The translations under genes were made by a program, and so were the position numbers. This document shows, piece by piece, positions 12,907 to 24,269 of a stretch of 43,169 nt of DNA. Origin of the DNA: Chiloscyllium plagiosum (taxonomy: Eukaryota); the NCBI RefSeq assembly GCF_004010195.1, contig NC_057718.1, forward strand, positions 12,014,385 through 12,057,553, given 5' to 3'. The notes beneath the pieces were generated by a model that saw nothing but the letters and a program-made list of their open reading frames with translations, ran no database searches and was not told where the DNA came from. The first letter of the stretch is position 1. Each line of letters opens with the position of its first letter.

Positions 12907-14299
12907 CCTCATTAATATGCAGGCTTCAATTCTCCCATCACCAGATAGCAACTGGCAGAGTAAAGCTGGTGAGATGTCCCGAGTCAGAGACTAGGCAGCA
13001 CAGAGAGCATGTAGAGTTCGGGTGGATGATAGCAAGTGAAGAAAGATGTAGCATACAATTGTGGGAGTGTTGGGACATGAGCCTTTGTTAGAGGTGGGCG
13101 CAAGTAGCAGAGATAGAGGGATAGACAGCAGATGGTGGCACTTACCCTGGCAGAACAGCAAAGGTCAATGACCTTCTTCCTGCATCATTGGGAATTTCTC
13201 CAGAACATGGAGACAATTCTGACTGAGATACAATCTCAGACCAGGCTGGTAGGGTCTTAACATATAGCCTCCTCTGCTAGTCCTGAGGGAAGAAAATATA
13301 GAAAATAGGTGCAGTAGACCATTCTGCCCTTCTGTCTGCACCATCTTCTGGCTGATTATGCAATCTCAGTATCCCATTCTCACTTTCTCTCCATACCCCT
13401 TGATCCCTTTTGTCGCAAAGAGAATATCTTTGTCTGCACCACCCTATTCACAAGAACCTCCAGGTCCCTGTCTGTAAAATGTGTGCTAGTTTTCCTTGTT
13501 GTGCTATTTCTGGGTGAAAGGGTTGCAACCATGTAGGGCAGCTCCAGAGTGTCTGTACATGACTGTCATTTAAATATGGAGCCTGTGTTGTGGATGCCAG
13601 TTTATTCTGACAGTGGCAAATACTACTGGCTATATTCAAGCTAGCACTGGACTAGAGAGGAGCAATAGGGGTATGGTTGGTAATTAATGAGGTAAGTTTT
13701 TTAACAATCACGCAAGAAAACTCACTGGGCCTTGCAGAGAGAAATCCTTCAAAAGACCCAATGAAAATGATACCATCAAAATATGGAAAGATTCAGCCGT
13801 ATATCTTCGTTTCTCAATTCTATTCTTCTGGAAATAAGGGTTTTGTTTGCAACTTTTATGATGTTATTAGTCAGTAATGTTACTTTCAATGATTAGTGCA
13901 TCTGCACCCCTTCAACCATTTGCTCCTCCACATCCTTTAGACTCATGGTAAGTGCATGGGTTTTGAATGAGTTAGAATTCCATTACTTCCCAAGGGTAAT
14001 GTGAACCTTTTATTCCTCCTGTTAAAACACATCATCACAAACTTATCAATATGGGCTTTACTTTGCTACTTATGCATCCATCTGCAAGTTTATTAACATC
14101 TTGTATTGTGAAACAATCTTCAGTATCGGTTGTAGCACCCATCAAACACACCGCATAAAATGATGCAACCTGCAATTTTGCATTTCTATTTCTGATTCTC
14201 AAGACTAAGTCATTCAATAGATGACAAGGGATAATGGTAAATAAGATTATGAGCTAAAATCATTCTCTCATTTTTTTTTAAAAGGGGCAGTACTTTTAT

Positions 14300-14715
14300 G
14301 AAAAAGAAACAAAGACACCTACAGAGCCTTTCATGGACTTACAGACAAAGAAGTACTTTTGAAGTAAATACATTGCTGGAATGTACAAGTTGCAGCAACC
14401 AATTTGCACACAGCAAATCACCACCAACATTAATGGGATAATAGCCAGACAAACTGCTTTTTGTGATGTTGGTTGAGGGAATAGCACTGGCCAGGGGAGA
14501 GGATAATTCCTACTACCCTTAGCCAAAATTGTGCCCTGGGTTAATTAGATGCTATTTAGAGAACAATGTGGCAGATCTTGTCTCAGGTGAAAGAAAACAC
14601 TTCTGATAGTGCAGCATTCCCTCAAATCCTGGAGTGTGAGCCAAGACTTTTTTTCTTCAAGTCTTGGAGTGGGACTTCTGACTTGGAGGTGAAAGTGCAA
14701 CCGCTCGAGTGGACA
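14300..14715 (-). mobile_element. Ancient DeuSINE-type SINE (SacSINE1/AmnSINE-related, recognised from memory)
   Basis: Minus strand has a tRNA-like head (agtcccactccaagacttga...tgagggaatgctgcact) and a Deu-like core (ttccctcaaccaacatcaca...tgctgtgtgcaaattggttgc...ttcaaaagtacttc). Confidence 0.6.
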
Positions 14716-14820
14716 ATGCAAAACTGGTGTTTCCACCACTTGTTTAGAATGCATGCTCACTAAAGTGGGACCACAGATACACCAAATCTCCTCTCAGTTC
14801 ACACAATGTGTGAAACAGCA

Positions 14821-15148
14821 AATCATGAGGGGCATGGATAGCATAAATAGACAAGGTCTTTTTCCGGGGTTGGGGGACTACAGAACTAGAGAACGCAGGT
14901 TTAAGGTGAGAGGGGAAAGATTTAAAAGGGACCGAAGGGGCAACTTTTTCATGCAGAGGGTGGTACGTGTATGAAATGAGCTGCCAGAGGAGGTGGTAGA
15001 GGCTGGTACAATTACAACATTTAAAAGGCATCTGGATGGGTATATGAATAGGAAGGGTTTAGAGGAATATGAGCCAATTTAGGATATCTGTCGGCATGGA
15101 TGAGTTGGACCGAAGGGTCTGTTTCAGTGCTGTACATCTCTATGACAC
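14821..15148 (+). mobile_element. CR1/HER1-type LINE 3' end
   Basis: IMRGMDSINRQGLFPG...RFKVRGERFKRDRRGNFFMQRVVRV plus 3' UTR; close to the copies at 9520 and 11380. Confidence 0.9.
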
Positions 15149-15385
15149 GATGTCAACCAAATGGAAAACGAGTAATTTGAATTTAGTTAACTGGGAGCAA
15201 CAGCAGAATTTTAGTCATGGATTTTGTTGTCAGATCACAGAATTTGACAGAAAGTGCTATGGTCAAACTAAAGTTTTTTTTCTCAATATGGGCAGAACAT
15301 CAGGAAATAGAGACACTATATTTATAAAGCTAAGTTAAAAATCACACAACATCAGGTTATAGTCCAAAAGGTTTAATTGGAAGCA

Positions 15386-15420
15386 CACTAGCTTTCGGAG
15401 CGACGCTCCTTCATCAGGTG
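15386..15420 (-). ncRNA. Minimal type I hammerhead ribozyme motif (PLE family B)
   Basis: Minus strand CAC-CTGATGA-A-GGAGC(GTC)GCTCC-GAAA-GCTA-GTG: intact core, 5-bp stem II, palindromic AGCU, CUA triplet, stem I CAC/GTG. Confidence 0.82.
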
Positions 15421-15886
15421 ATAGTGGAGGGCTCAATCCTAACATAGAATTTATAGCAAAAATTTACAGTGTGATGTAACTGAAATTATACATTGAAAAA
15501 CTGATTGTCTGTTAAGCCTTTCATCTGTTAGAATACAGTGATAGTTTCACTTCTTTCATGTGTAAATCACAAAACGTTTTTTTTTAAAGTTGCATTCTCA
15601 GGTTAGCTGTTAACAATGGTGATAGCTAGACAATATGTTGAAGGTGTTGGCCCCCTGTGTTCTCTGTCTATGCCATGATGTTTAGATTNNNNNNNNNNNN
15701 NNNNNNNNNNNNNNNNNNNNNNNNNNNNNNNNNNNNNNNNNNNNNNNNNNNNNNNNNNNNNNNNNNNNNNNNNNNNNNNNNNNNNNNNNNNNNNNNNNNN
15801 NNNNNNNNNNNNNNNNNNNNNNNNNNNNNNNNNNNNNNNNNNNNNNNNNNNNNNNNNNNNNNNNNNNNNNNNNNNNNNNNNNNNNN

Positions 15887-16084
15887 GTTTCCTCCCACAG
15901 TCCAAAGATGTGCAGGGTCAGGTGAATTGGCCATGCTAAATTGCCCGTAGTGTTAGGTAAGGGGAAAATGTAGGGGTATGGGTGGGTTTCGCTTCGGCGG
16001 GTCGGTGTGGACTTGTTGGGCCGAAGGGCCTGTTTCCACACTGTAATGTAATCTAATCTAATCTAAAAAAAAAATCTAATCTAA
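15887..16084 (+). mobile_element. HE1-like V-SINE, 3' half (5' half in assembly gap)
   Basis: Aligns with 285-465; ends in TCTAA repeats. Confidence 0.88.
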
Positions 16085-16807
16085 ATCAAGGTCCCGGCTG
16101 AGGCCCTCCCTATGGGTACCAAACTTAGCTATCAGCCTCTGCTCGGCCACTTTCCTCTGCTGCCTGTCCCAAAGTCCACCTTTGAAGATGGTCACCCGAA
16201 GGTCCAAGGCTGAATGTCCTGGACCACTGAAGTGTTCCCCAACTGGGAGGGAACCCTCCTGTCTGTTGATTGTTGTGCGATGCCCATTCATCCGTTGTCT
16301 TAGCCTTTGCTCGGTTTCCCCAATGTACATTCCCCATTCCCCATGTACAACACCGGCATCTCCAAATCATGACTTTATAAAACTAACTCTTCTACACATT
16401 TAACTAATGAAGGCTACTTGACATGCCTTACTGTTTAAAAGTTTTTAGCATTGCTTTTAGAATATCATTGTAAATTAAAGATTTACTTCAATGAAATTAA
16501 ATGCAAATAAAACTCTTAGATGTCAGCCTGCCAAATTCACATTGCTATAGTCTTGCAAAATACAGCCTCAGATATCTACAGATAAGTCATTCAGATTATT
16601 TTTCATGGCTGTCTTTATGCATTCCATATCTGTTTTGGCTGTTGGTCTGTAACCTAAAGCATCCATTTTCTAAATTGTATCAATGATTCCATGTGAAAAT
16701 GTGAATAATCAAGATTGCAGCTTAATGAAGGGCTGAAACCAATCCATAGTCCATGAGGGAGTATAGACCTCTCTCCCTAATTAGAGACATTTAATTGGTT
16801 ATATAAA

Positions 16808-16935
16808 TCAAAGAACTGCAGATGCTGGAAATCTGAAACAAAAGAAATTGTTGGAGAAACTCAGCAGGTCAGCAACATCTGAGGGGAGAAAGCAGAATTC
16901 ACGTTTCGACTCCACTGACCCTTCTTTTGAACTGA
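16808..16935 (-). mobile_element. Older PLE-type terminal repeat with decayed hammerhead
   Basis: aactgcagatgctggaaatc...aaactcagcaggtcagcaacatc resembles the family A end; minus strand reads caaaagaagggtcagtggagtcgaaacgtg (core mutated). Confidence 0.55.
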
Positions 16936-16993
16936 CATTTTTGGTTACAAAGCTTGTTTGACGGAAATCAATATACATCAAGCTATGAATGCT

Positions 16994-17112
16994 GGCCCTT
17001 GTGATGCAGTGGTAATGTCCTGGCATCTGCAGCTGGAGGACACAGTTCAAGTTCCACCTGGTCCATAGACATATAATAACATCTCTGAATTAGGTCAGAT
17101 TAGAAAATATCT
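16994..17112 (+). mobile_element. Short degraded tRNA-derived SINE
   Basis: cttgtgatgcagtggta...gttcaagttccacctg...atctctgaa...gaaaatatc; second copy at 26657-26768. Confidence 0.5.
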
Positions 17113-17479
17113 TCATCAAGTCATGGGCCAAGGCAAGAAGGCAGATTCCAAGTCTACCTCAATAGAAACTGAACTCCACAGTGTCGGTCAAGTGATCTAA
17201 CTGGCCTCCGAAACCAAGATATTAGCAGGGTAACTAAATGTGAACATAAGTTAAGTAAATGCTTCAACAACACTTTCATGACATAGTTAGAATGAACCTT
17301 TGGCATATGGGTGCTCTTCATCCTAACAGTTAGCCACACAACCAATTTTGAAACAATAGCAAAGCACAGTAGTGTTTGAGCAACAGATATTTGTTTCGTA
17401 TGTTAAAAACATGTTATTTAGTATTTAATGGTAGTTGTCTTTCATTGTGTGGTAAAAGTTATTTTCCAGGTCTCTGGCT

Positions 17480-17870
17480 GAACCAGTGGGATGGAGCAGT
17501 TTAACTATGAAAAGGGGCTGGATAGACTTTGGTTATTCGGAGAAGGTTAAGGGGGGACTTGATTAAGGGGTATAAGGTTATTTGCGACATGGATAGAGTG
17601 AATAGAAAGCAGCTATTCTTATAGTGAAAGACAGGAGGTGTAGAAAAGATTTGAGGAAAAGATTTTCACCTGGAGAGTCGTGATCGTCTGGAACACACTG
17701 TTTGGAAAGGTAGTTGACGTGGGTTACCTCACAACTTTTAAAAAGTGTTTGTGTGAATACTTGAAGTGTCATAACATGCAAGACTATGCACCTAATGAGG
17801 GAATGTGGGTCTAGTGTAGGTAGCAGCATATTTTTGGCAATACAGACTTGATGGAGCAAAGGATAGCAGT
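17480..17870 (+). mobile_element. Degraded CR1-type LINE 3' fragment
   Basis: gagaaggttaaggggggacttgattaagggtataag (RLRGDLI-like) and gagagtcgtgatcgtctggaacacactg (RVV..WN.L-like). Confidence 0.6.
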
Positions 17871-18314
17871 ATAGTGAACTGGTAAAAGTACTCTGAACTG
17901 GCTTTGCTGGACGAAAGGGTAGTAATAATGTCCACTGTATTGAAGTGTACATTTTTAATTTGTAATTTTGAAATGTGTTTTTTTAGACCAAGGCTGAAAC
18001 AGCCAAAAATGCCTGTGGAAGTAAGTTAAGAGGCTGCCTGGCGAGAGACACTCATGGAATGTCACATTTACGGATGCAAAGGAAACAGGCCTGCGAGGGT
18101 GGGAGAGGAAATAGCAAGTCAAAAGAGAGTGAACTGTTAAGTCTTGTACTACAAAGATGGGCGGGGGGGGAGGGGGTGAGGGTGGATGACAACATCCTGT
18201 TCAACAGCAGTCACTGCAGACACATTTTTTTGTTTTTTCCTTTGAAGAGTACACATGGACAGGAGTCAAAAGCCCAATTCAACTCTACTGAAATAGGCTA
18301 TTGTGCAACTGTAA

Positions 18315-18459
18315 TCTTGTATGCCTCACTCTGTCTAAGCACCCTATGATCTTTTATGTCTTTGTTAGCTCTGATCTGCCTGTACTGCTCGCAAAACAAA
18401 GCTTTTCACTCTACTTAGGTACATTTGACAACAATAAATCAAATCAAATCAAATCAAAT
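18315..18459 (+). mobile_element. Rex1/Babar-type LINE 3' tail remnant ending in (AAATC)n
   Basis: cttttcactctacttaggtacatttgacaacaataaatcaaatcaaatc matches the tails at 33600-33665 and 31315-31400 (reverse). Confidence 0.55.
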
Positions 18460-18665
18460 ACTGGGAATGAATGAGAACCAGCCTGGTTTTGAACATTCGT
18501 ATGAAGGTCACAGTCAAAGAACTATCCCCTATTCACCCCTTTGTTTTTCATGTAAAGACCGTCTCTCATTCTGAGGAATGCAAGCCAGACAAAAGGAAAC
18601 AGGAAAACAAAAGGTCTTTCTCATGCCAAACACTGAAAATTAATTATGATTTAAAGGATCAGAAG

Positions 18666-18975
18666 GGTGGCTCAGTGGTCAGCACTGCTGCCTCACAGCA
18701 CCAGGGTTCAATTCCCGCTTCGGGCAACTGTCTGTGTGGAATTTGCACATTCTCCCCATGTTTGCGTGGGTTTCCTCCGGGTGCTCCGGTTTCCTCCCAC
18801 AGTCCAAAGATGTGCAGGTCAGGTGAACTGGCCATGCTAAATTGCCTGTAGTGTCAGGTGGATTAGTCAGGGGTAAATGTAAGGGAATGGGTCTGGGTGG
18901 GTTGCTCTTCGGAGGGTCGGTGTGGACTTGTTGGGCCAAAGGGCCTGTTTCCACACTGTAGGGAATCTAATCTAA
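18666..18975 (+). mobile_element. HE1-like V-SINE
   Basis: GGTGGCTCAGTGGTCAGCACTG head, GGTTCAATTCC, V-domain, CR1-like tail, TCTAA end. Confidence 0.88.
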
Positions 18976-19009
18976 CTACAGAATAAAAAACAATCTGCAA
19001 AACTGCAAA

Positions 19010-19712
19010 TCTGCAAGCCTGGAGCCCAGTTACAAGTGGGGTTCCGCAGGGATCAGTTCTGGGTCCTCTGCTGTTCGTAATTTTTATTAATGACTTGGAT
19101 GAGGGAGTTGAAGGGTGGGTCAGTAAATTTGCAGATGATACGAAGATTGGTGGAGTTGTGGATAGTGAGGAGGGCTGTTGTCGGCTGCAGAAACTCTTTC
19201 CCCGGGTACAACAGAGTGTGTGCAGTTCTGGTCGCCTCACTTTAGGAAAGATGTGGAAGCTTTGGAGAGGGTGCAGAGAAGATTTACCAGGATGTTGCCT
19301 GGAATGGAGAGGAAGTCGTACGAGGATAGGTTGAGAGTTCTCGGCCTTTTCTCGTTGGAACGGCGAAGGATGAGGGGTGACTTGATAGAGGTTTATAAGA
19401 TGATCAGAGGAATAGATAGAGTAGACAGTCAGAAACTTTTTCCCCGGGTGCAACAGAGTGTTACATGGGGACATAAATTTAAGGTGAAGGATGGAAGGTA
19501 TAGGGAAGATGTCAGGGTGGGTTCTTTACCCAGAGAATGGTGGGGGCATGGAATGCGCTGCCTGTGGGAGTGGTAGAGTCAGAATCATTGGCGACCTTTA
19601 AGCGGCAATTGGATAGGTACATGGATGGGTGCTTAAGCTAGGACAAATGTTCGGCACAACATCGTGGGCCGAAGGGCCTGTTCTGTGCTGTATTGTTCTA
19701 TGTTCTATGTTG
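19010..19712 (+). mobile_element. CR1/HER1-type LINE, 5'-truncated, with a patched internal deletion
   Basis: SGVPQGSVLGPLLFVIFINDLDEG, KFADDTKIGG, CVQFWSPHFRKDVEALERVQRRFTRM, LERRRMRGDLIEVYKM; tail (TGTTCTA)n. Confidence 0.92.
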
Positions 19713-19714
19713 TA

Positions 19715-20900
19715 TGTTCTTTTCTGTTCTTCTTGCCAAAGTGGACAGATTCACATATTGTCACATTATATCCCATCTGCCAAACTTTAGCTTACTTATT
19801 TAACCTATCTATATTCCTTTGCAGATTCGTTATGTCCTCTTCATAACATACTTACCCACCTATCTTTGTGTCATCAGCAAATTATGTAATTATACCTTCA
19901 GTCCCCTCATCAAAGCCATTGATATAGATTGTACAGCTGAGGCACCTGCACTGATTGCTGTGAAACTTGATTCAACACATTGTTCCAACTCAAAAATGCC
20001 ATATTATTGTTTACTTTCCAGTTCCTGTGAGCTAACTAAACTCTCTCTGACTAGTGTTACAGACAGCACCATGCCCACTCACTACATCTAACAATATCCA
20101 CTTGGAGACTCACGACCTCCTCTTAGAAACTCAGTTTTCTACCTATCTTGGTGTCATTGGCAAACTTAGCTGCTCAATCACTTCATCCAAGTCATTAACA
20201 TCAAACATGAAAGGGTGAGGTGCCCGTGCTGAATCCTGTGACATTTCACTCGTTACAACATGCCAATCCAAAAATTATTCATTTATTTCTACTCTTTACT
20301 TCCTAATCAGTTTTTTTTAATCCATGCTAATATGTTGTCCCCTTATACATGAGCTGATCTTTATAGTGACCTTTGATGTAGCATTGTGTTAAACAGCTTC
20401 AGGAAATCTAAATATACCACATCCACAGGTTCTCCTTTATTGATATTGCATTCCTTCAAGAACTCTGACAAATTAGTCAAACATGACTTTCATTTCACCA
20501 CACTCTGTTGACTGCCTGATTGCACTGACATTTTCTAAGTGCTTTTCCACAATCTTAACAGGATTATAGCAATTCTCCTATGAGTGTTAATCAAAAGGCC
20601 TGTAGTTTCTTGATTTATGTCTTCTTTCTTCCTTTTTTGACCTAATCCTTCACCTAATTTCCCAGTTCACTCTCAACAACATTGCTTTTATATCCTGATA
20701 ATTCGCCTTTTTAGACAGACTCTTCTCTCCCTCAGACTGAATATCTTCTCTCCCTCAGACTGAATATGAAATTTAATCAGACTTTACAACTCTATGTCAT
20801 AATTGTTATGCAAAGGAACATCTTTATTATGAGGTTATTACCTTATCCTGTCTTATGGCACAGAAAAGTCTGCTGTCTGGTTTGCTCCGCACACATTGAT
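19715..20900 (-). mobile_element. Old CR1-type RT fragments (at least two decayed pieces)
   Basis: Plus-strand tctttgtgtcatcagcaaa and tcttggtgtcattggcaaactt are reverse-strand FADDTK-like codons; ttcaggaaatctaaatataccacatccac is a reverse DVVYLDF motif. Confidence 0.65.
20721..20766. repeat. Perfect 23-bp tandem duplication
   Basis: TCTTCTCTCCCTCAGACTGAATA twice in tandem. Confidence 0.9.
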
Positions 20901-21430
20901 ATAAGAAACAGTCCTAAAAACACTCCAAAATAATTTTCCAGGTAAATCTTTGCAAATCTGATTCGTTTAATCTGCACTGAAACATAGAAGGAGCAAGAGT
21001 AGGGCATTCAATTTTTCCAGCTCGCTCTGCCATTCGTTATAATTTATGGCTGATAATCTAGCCTGCTCCTGCTTTGCTCCCATTTCCTTTGATCCCTTAA
21101 ATCCCACATTCGATATCCAATGCCTTCTTGAAATCATATGATGTTTTGGCCATGACTAATTTCTATGCTAGCGAATTCCACAAGCTCACCTCTCTCTAAG
21201 TGAAGACCCCATTCTGGACTCCCCAGTCATTGGGAACATCCTTCCTGCATGCACTCTGTCTGATCCTGTTAGTATTTATAGGTTTGTATGAGATTCCCCC
21301 CTCATTCTTCTGAACTCCAGTGAATGTAATTCTAACCAATTCCCTCCTATGCCAGTCCTGTTATTCTTAAAATCAATCCGGTAAACCTTTGTTGCAATTC
21401 CTCTACAGGAAGAACATCCTTCCTTAGACA

Positions 21431-21810
21431 AGGGAATCTAATTGAAACATACAGACACTGAATGGCCTGGATAGAGTAGATGTTGGGAAGATGTTTCCAT
21501 TGATAGGAGAGACTAGGACCCGAGGGCATAGCCTTAGAGTAAAAGGAAGACCTTTTAGACCAGAGATAAGGAGAAACCTCTTCACCCAGAGAGTGGTGAA
21601 TCTGTGGAATTCATTGCCAAAGACTATGAAGGCCAGGTCATTAAGTATATTTAAGATTGAGATAGATAGGTTCTTGAGTATCAAAGGGATCAAGGATTAC
21701 AGGGAGAAAGTGGGAGAATGGGGTTGAGAAACTTAGCCATGATTGAATGGCGGAGCAGACCCGATGGGCTGAATGGCCTAATTTCTGCTCATATGTCTTA
21801 CGGTCTTATG
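21431..21810 (+). mobile_element. CR1-type LINE 3' end nested in opposite orientation inside an older CR1
   Basis: MFPLIGETRTRGHSLRVKGRPFRPEIRRNLFTQRVVNLWNSLP; tail gatgggctgaatggcctaatttctgctc...tcttatgg. Confidence 0.88.
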
Positions 21811-21844
21811 GAGACCAAAACTGCAACAATATTCCAGCATACGT

Positions 21845-22012
21845 ATATAAGAAACAGTCCTGAAAACACTCCAAAATAATTTTCCAGGTAATCTTTGAAA
21901 ATCTGATTTGTTTAATCTGCACTGAAACATAGAAGGAGCAAGAGTAGGGCATTCAATTTTTCCAGCTCGCTCTGGTTATAATTTATGGCTGATAATCTAG
22001 CCTGCTCCTGCT
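21845..22012 (+). repeat. About 170-bp direct copy of 20899-21073
   Basis: atataagaaacagtcct...gataatctagcctgctcctgct is present at both positions with a few substitutions and small indels. Confidence 0.92.
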
Positions 22013-23399
22013 AAAGGTCCTGTATAATTGCAGTAAGACATCCTTTTTCCTACACTTGAATCCTCTTGTTTTGAAGGCCAACATACTACTTGCCTTCTTT
22101 ATTGCCTGCATGCTTAAACAAAAATGTTAATCTAATTAAATGTATAGAAAATACTGCAAATGTTCCACCTGGCTTGCTTTCAAGATTTCTCTTTTAGTCT
22201 GCCTCACGGATAGTTATACATCCATAATTCACTTTTGATCAGCTTGTCACTTTCTGAAATACCTTCCTTCTAGCTTTCATCTTTCTCTTCTTCATTGTTA
22301 CTCAGGTATCAATCACTGTGCTAGCCTAAAATTGACCATGGTTTTAGTTCAATGAAAAGTTATGTATTGAAAACAATAATAATGTGCCTTTCCACTTTAT
22401 AGATATTGATTAAGTTACTGGATAATTCAAGTATTTTCAGTTTTTCTGACTTCTGTGGCTTCCTTCACACATTTGAAGACAACATTCTCTGTCAATGCAT
22501 CTCATGCCAGTACCTGGAACCTGAATTCCAGCAAATTATTTTTACATTTGCATGAGGGTTCAAATGAATCAATGTGATTGGGTTCTTTATATTCCCTTCT
22601 AAGCAGGATTGACCTCTCTTCGAATACAAGTTTGGCACTTCCCAATCTGTGTTTATGAAGAGCTTTCATTCAGATCATTTTCGAACTCAAATGACACAAC
22701 AGAGTGCCAATGATTTATTTGACCTATGAAAGAATGCATAAGTCACAAAAGCAACCTAATCAAAATAAATGTTCCAAATACAGATACCTAAAGAATAATG
22801 CTCCAAGTTCATATATTGCCAACTGGGCTGCTTGCTCCTCGTCATTTCCACAAACGGAAACTAATCTATTCATTCAGATGTAGAAAACCCATCTTTTTCA
22901 CCTTATGTATTTTGCTTTGTCATTTTACCTTTCTTTCTGCCAAACCTTTATCTGTATAATATATTAAAAATAGCAACTATAAATTTCAAAGTGACAATAT
23001 TTCATTCTAGTAGCTTTGCCCAAAGTTAAACAAGCAAACAAGGGAGCAAACAACAGTTACATAGATGAAATGATTTTCTCTCGTTGGAGGATTATATTCA
23101 AAATAAATATATGAAAATTAACTTTATATATTGCACATTTATGTGCTTTGGATTTTAAACCTCTTGATACAGCGGCCTAGAAAAATCTATCAATCTCAGT
23201 TTTCAAATTTGTAATTGAACCCCTGCCAACTTCAATACATTCTTTAGGGGAAAGTTCCAGATGGCCACTACCTTTTGTATGAAGCTACAAATCAGTCATT
23301 GAACTAATTGAATGAGAGTGGAACAAACTGTTTTTGGAAATAGCAACTTGAAGACAACTTCTTCTTTTCAGAATATTGCCACACATATTGAATTGAGAT

Positions 23400-23720
23400 T
23401 TTTAATTCATTCACAGGATGTGGACTTCACTGGCCAGGCCAGTGTTTATTGTCCATCTTTAATTCTCCAGAGGGCAGTTGACAGTCAACCACATTGCTGT
23501 GGGTCTGGAATCACATGCAGGCCAGACGAGGTAAGGATGGCAGATTTCCCTCCCTAAAGGCCATTAGTGAACCAGATAGGATTTCCTTAACAATCAGCAA
23601 TGATTTCATGGTTATCAATAGACTCCTAATCCAGATTAGTTTAATTTTTATTGAATTTAAATTCCATCATCTGTCATGACAGCATTTGAACACAGGTCCC
23701 CAGGACATTACCTGGCCATC
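23400..23720 (-). mobile_element. Remnant sharing the 3' tail of the old CR1-group family at 6345 (SINE or LINE end)
   Basis: attcattcacaggatgtggacttcactggccaggccagtgtttattgtccat resembles 6345-6415. Confidence 0.55.
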
Positions 23721-24269
23721 GTCTCCCCTTAAATCATCTCATATTTGAGGCAACATACTTTCAAAATTTGCCAAAGAAATTGCAAGTCACATTATTGGGA
23801 AATGGGGGAAGGATTCATTTTTTTTCCTTTAAAAAAACTTTCACCAAGAAGCACAAAGCATTACTAATATAGCTCACACCTGATTTAAACAGAATTAGCT
23901 TGATTGTTTGACTTTGTTATTATGAATTTTAATTGATTACATTTTATTAAGTGGATCCCCACTGGCACAGTATAATTGCTAACTTCCTCTTGTTGCTTTC
24001 AAAGCTGCGGCTCAAGTGCTCCCTCTGGAGAAGAGACCAGATAATTGTAGCTGCTGTTAAACTTTTGACTCCAGATCAGATCACATCATCAAATGACTGA
24101 TTTTCTGCATCATTTATTGACTGCTTGAAATCTGGTACAAAGTTGAAGTACAATAGTTTGAATGTGCCAACTATGGTCTGACAGACCAAACAATAATGTC
24201 TCCATCTTTTCACCTTACAGGAATTTCTAGTTCTGTGCTTCTGTGATTTTCCATCTGTGTATTGTGCCA

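Larger units (their letters stand above)
15334..16373 (-). mobile_element. Penelope-like element (family B): GIY-YIG fragment plus terminal repeat, interrupted by a gap and a SINE, 13-bp TSD
   Basis: ORF 16076-16330 YIGETEQRLRQRMNGH...VGEHF...RKVAEQRLIAKFGTHREGLSRD; hammerhead at 15386-15420; flanks TTTATAAAGCTAA (15321-15333) and TTTATAAAACTAA (16374-16386); inverted terminal piece at 16331-16373. Confidence 0.85.
20978..22110 (-). mobile_element. CR1-type LINE 3' fragment interrupted by two insertions
   Basis: Minus strand LRKDVLPVEELQQRFTGLI; continues after 21810 (ggagaccaaaactg) and after 22012 (ggtcctgtataattgcagtaagacatcc). Confidence 0.75.
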
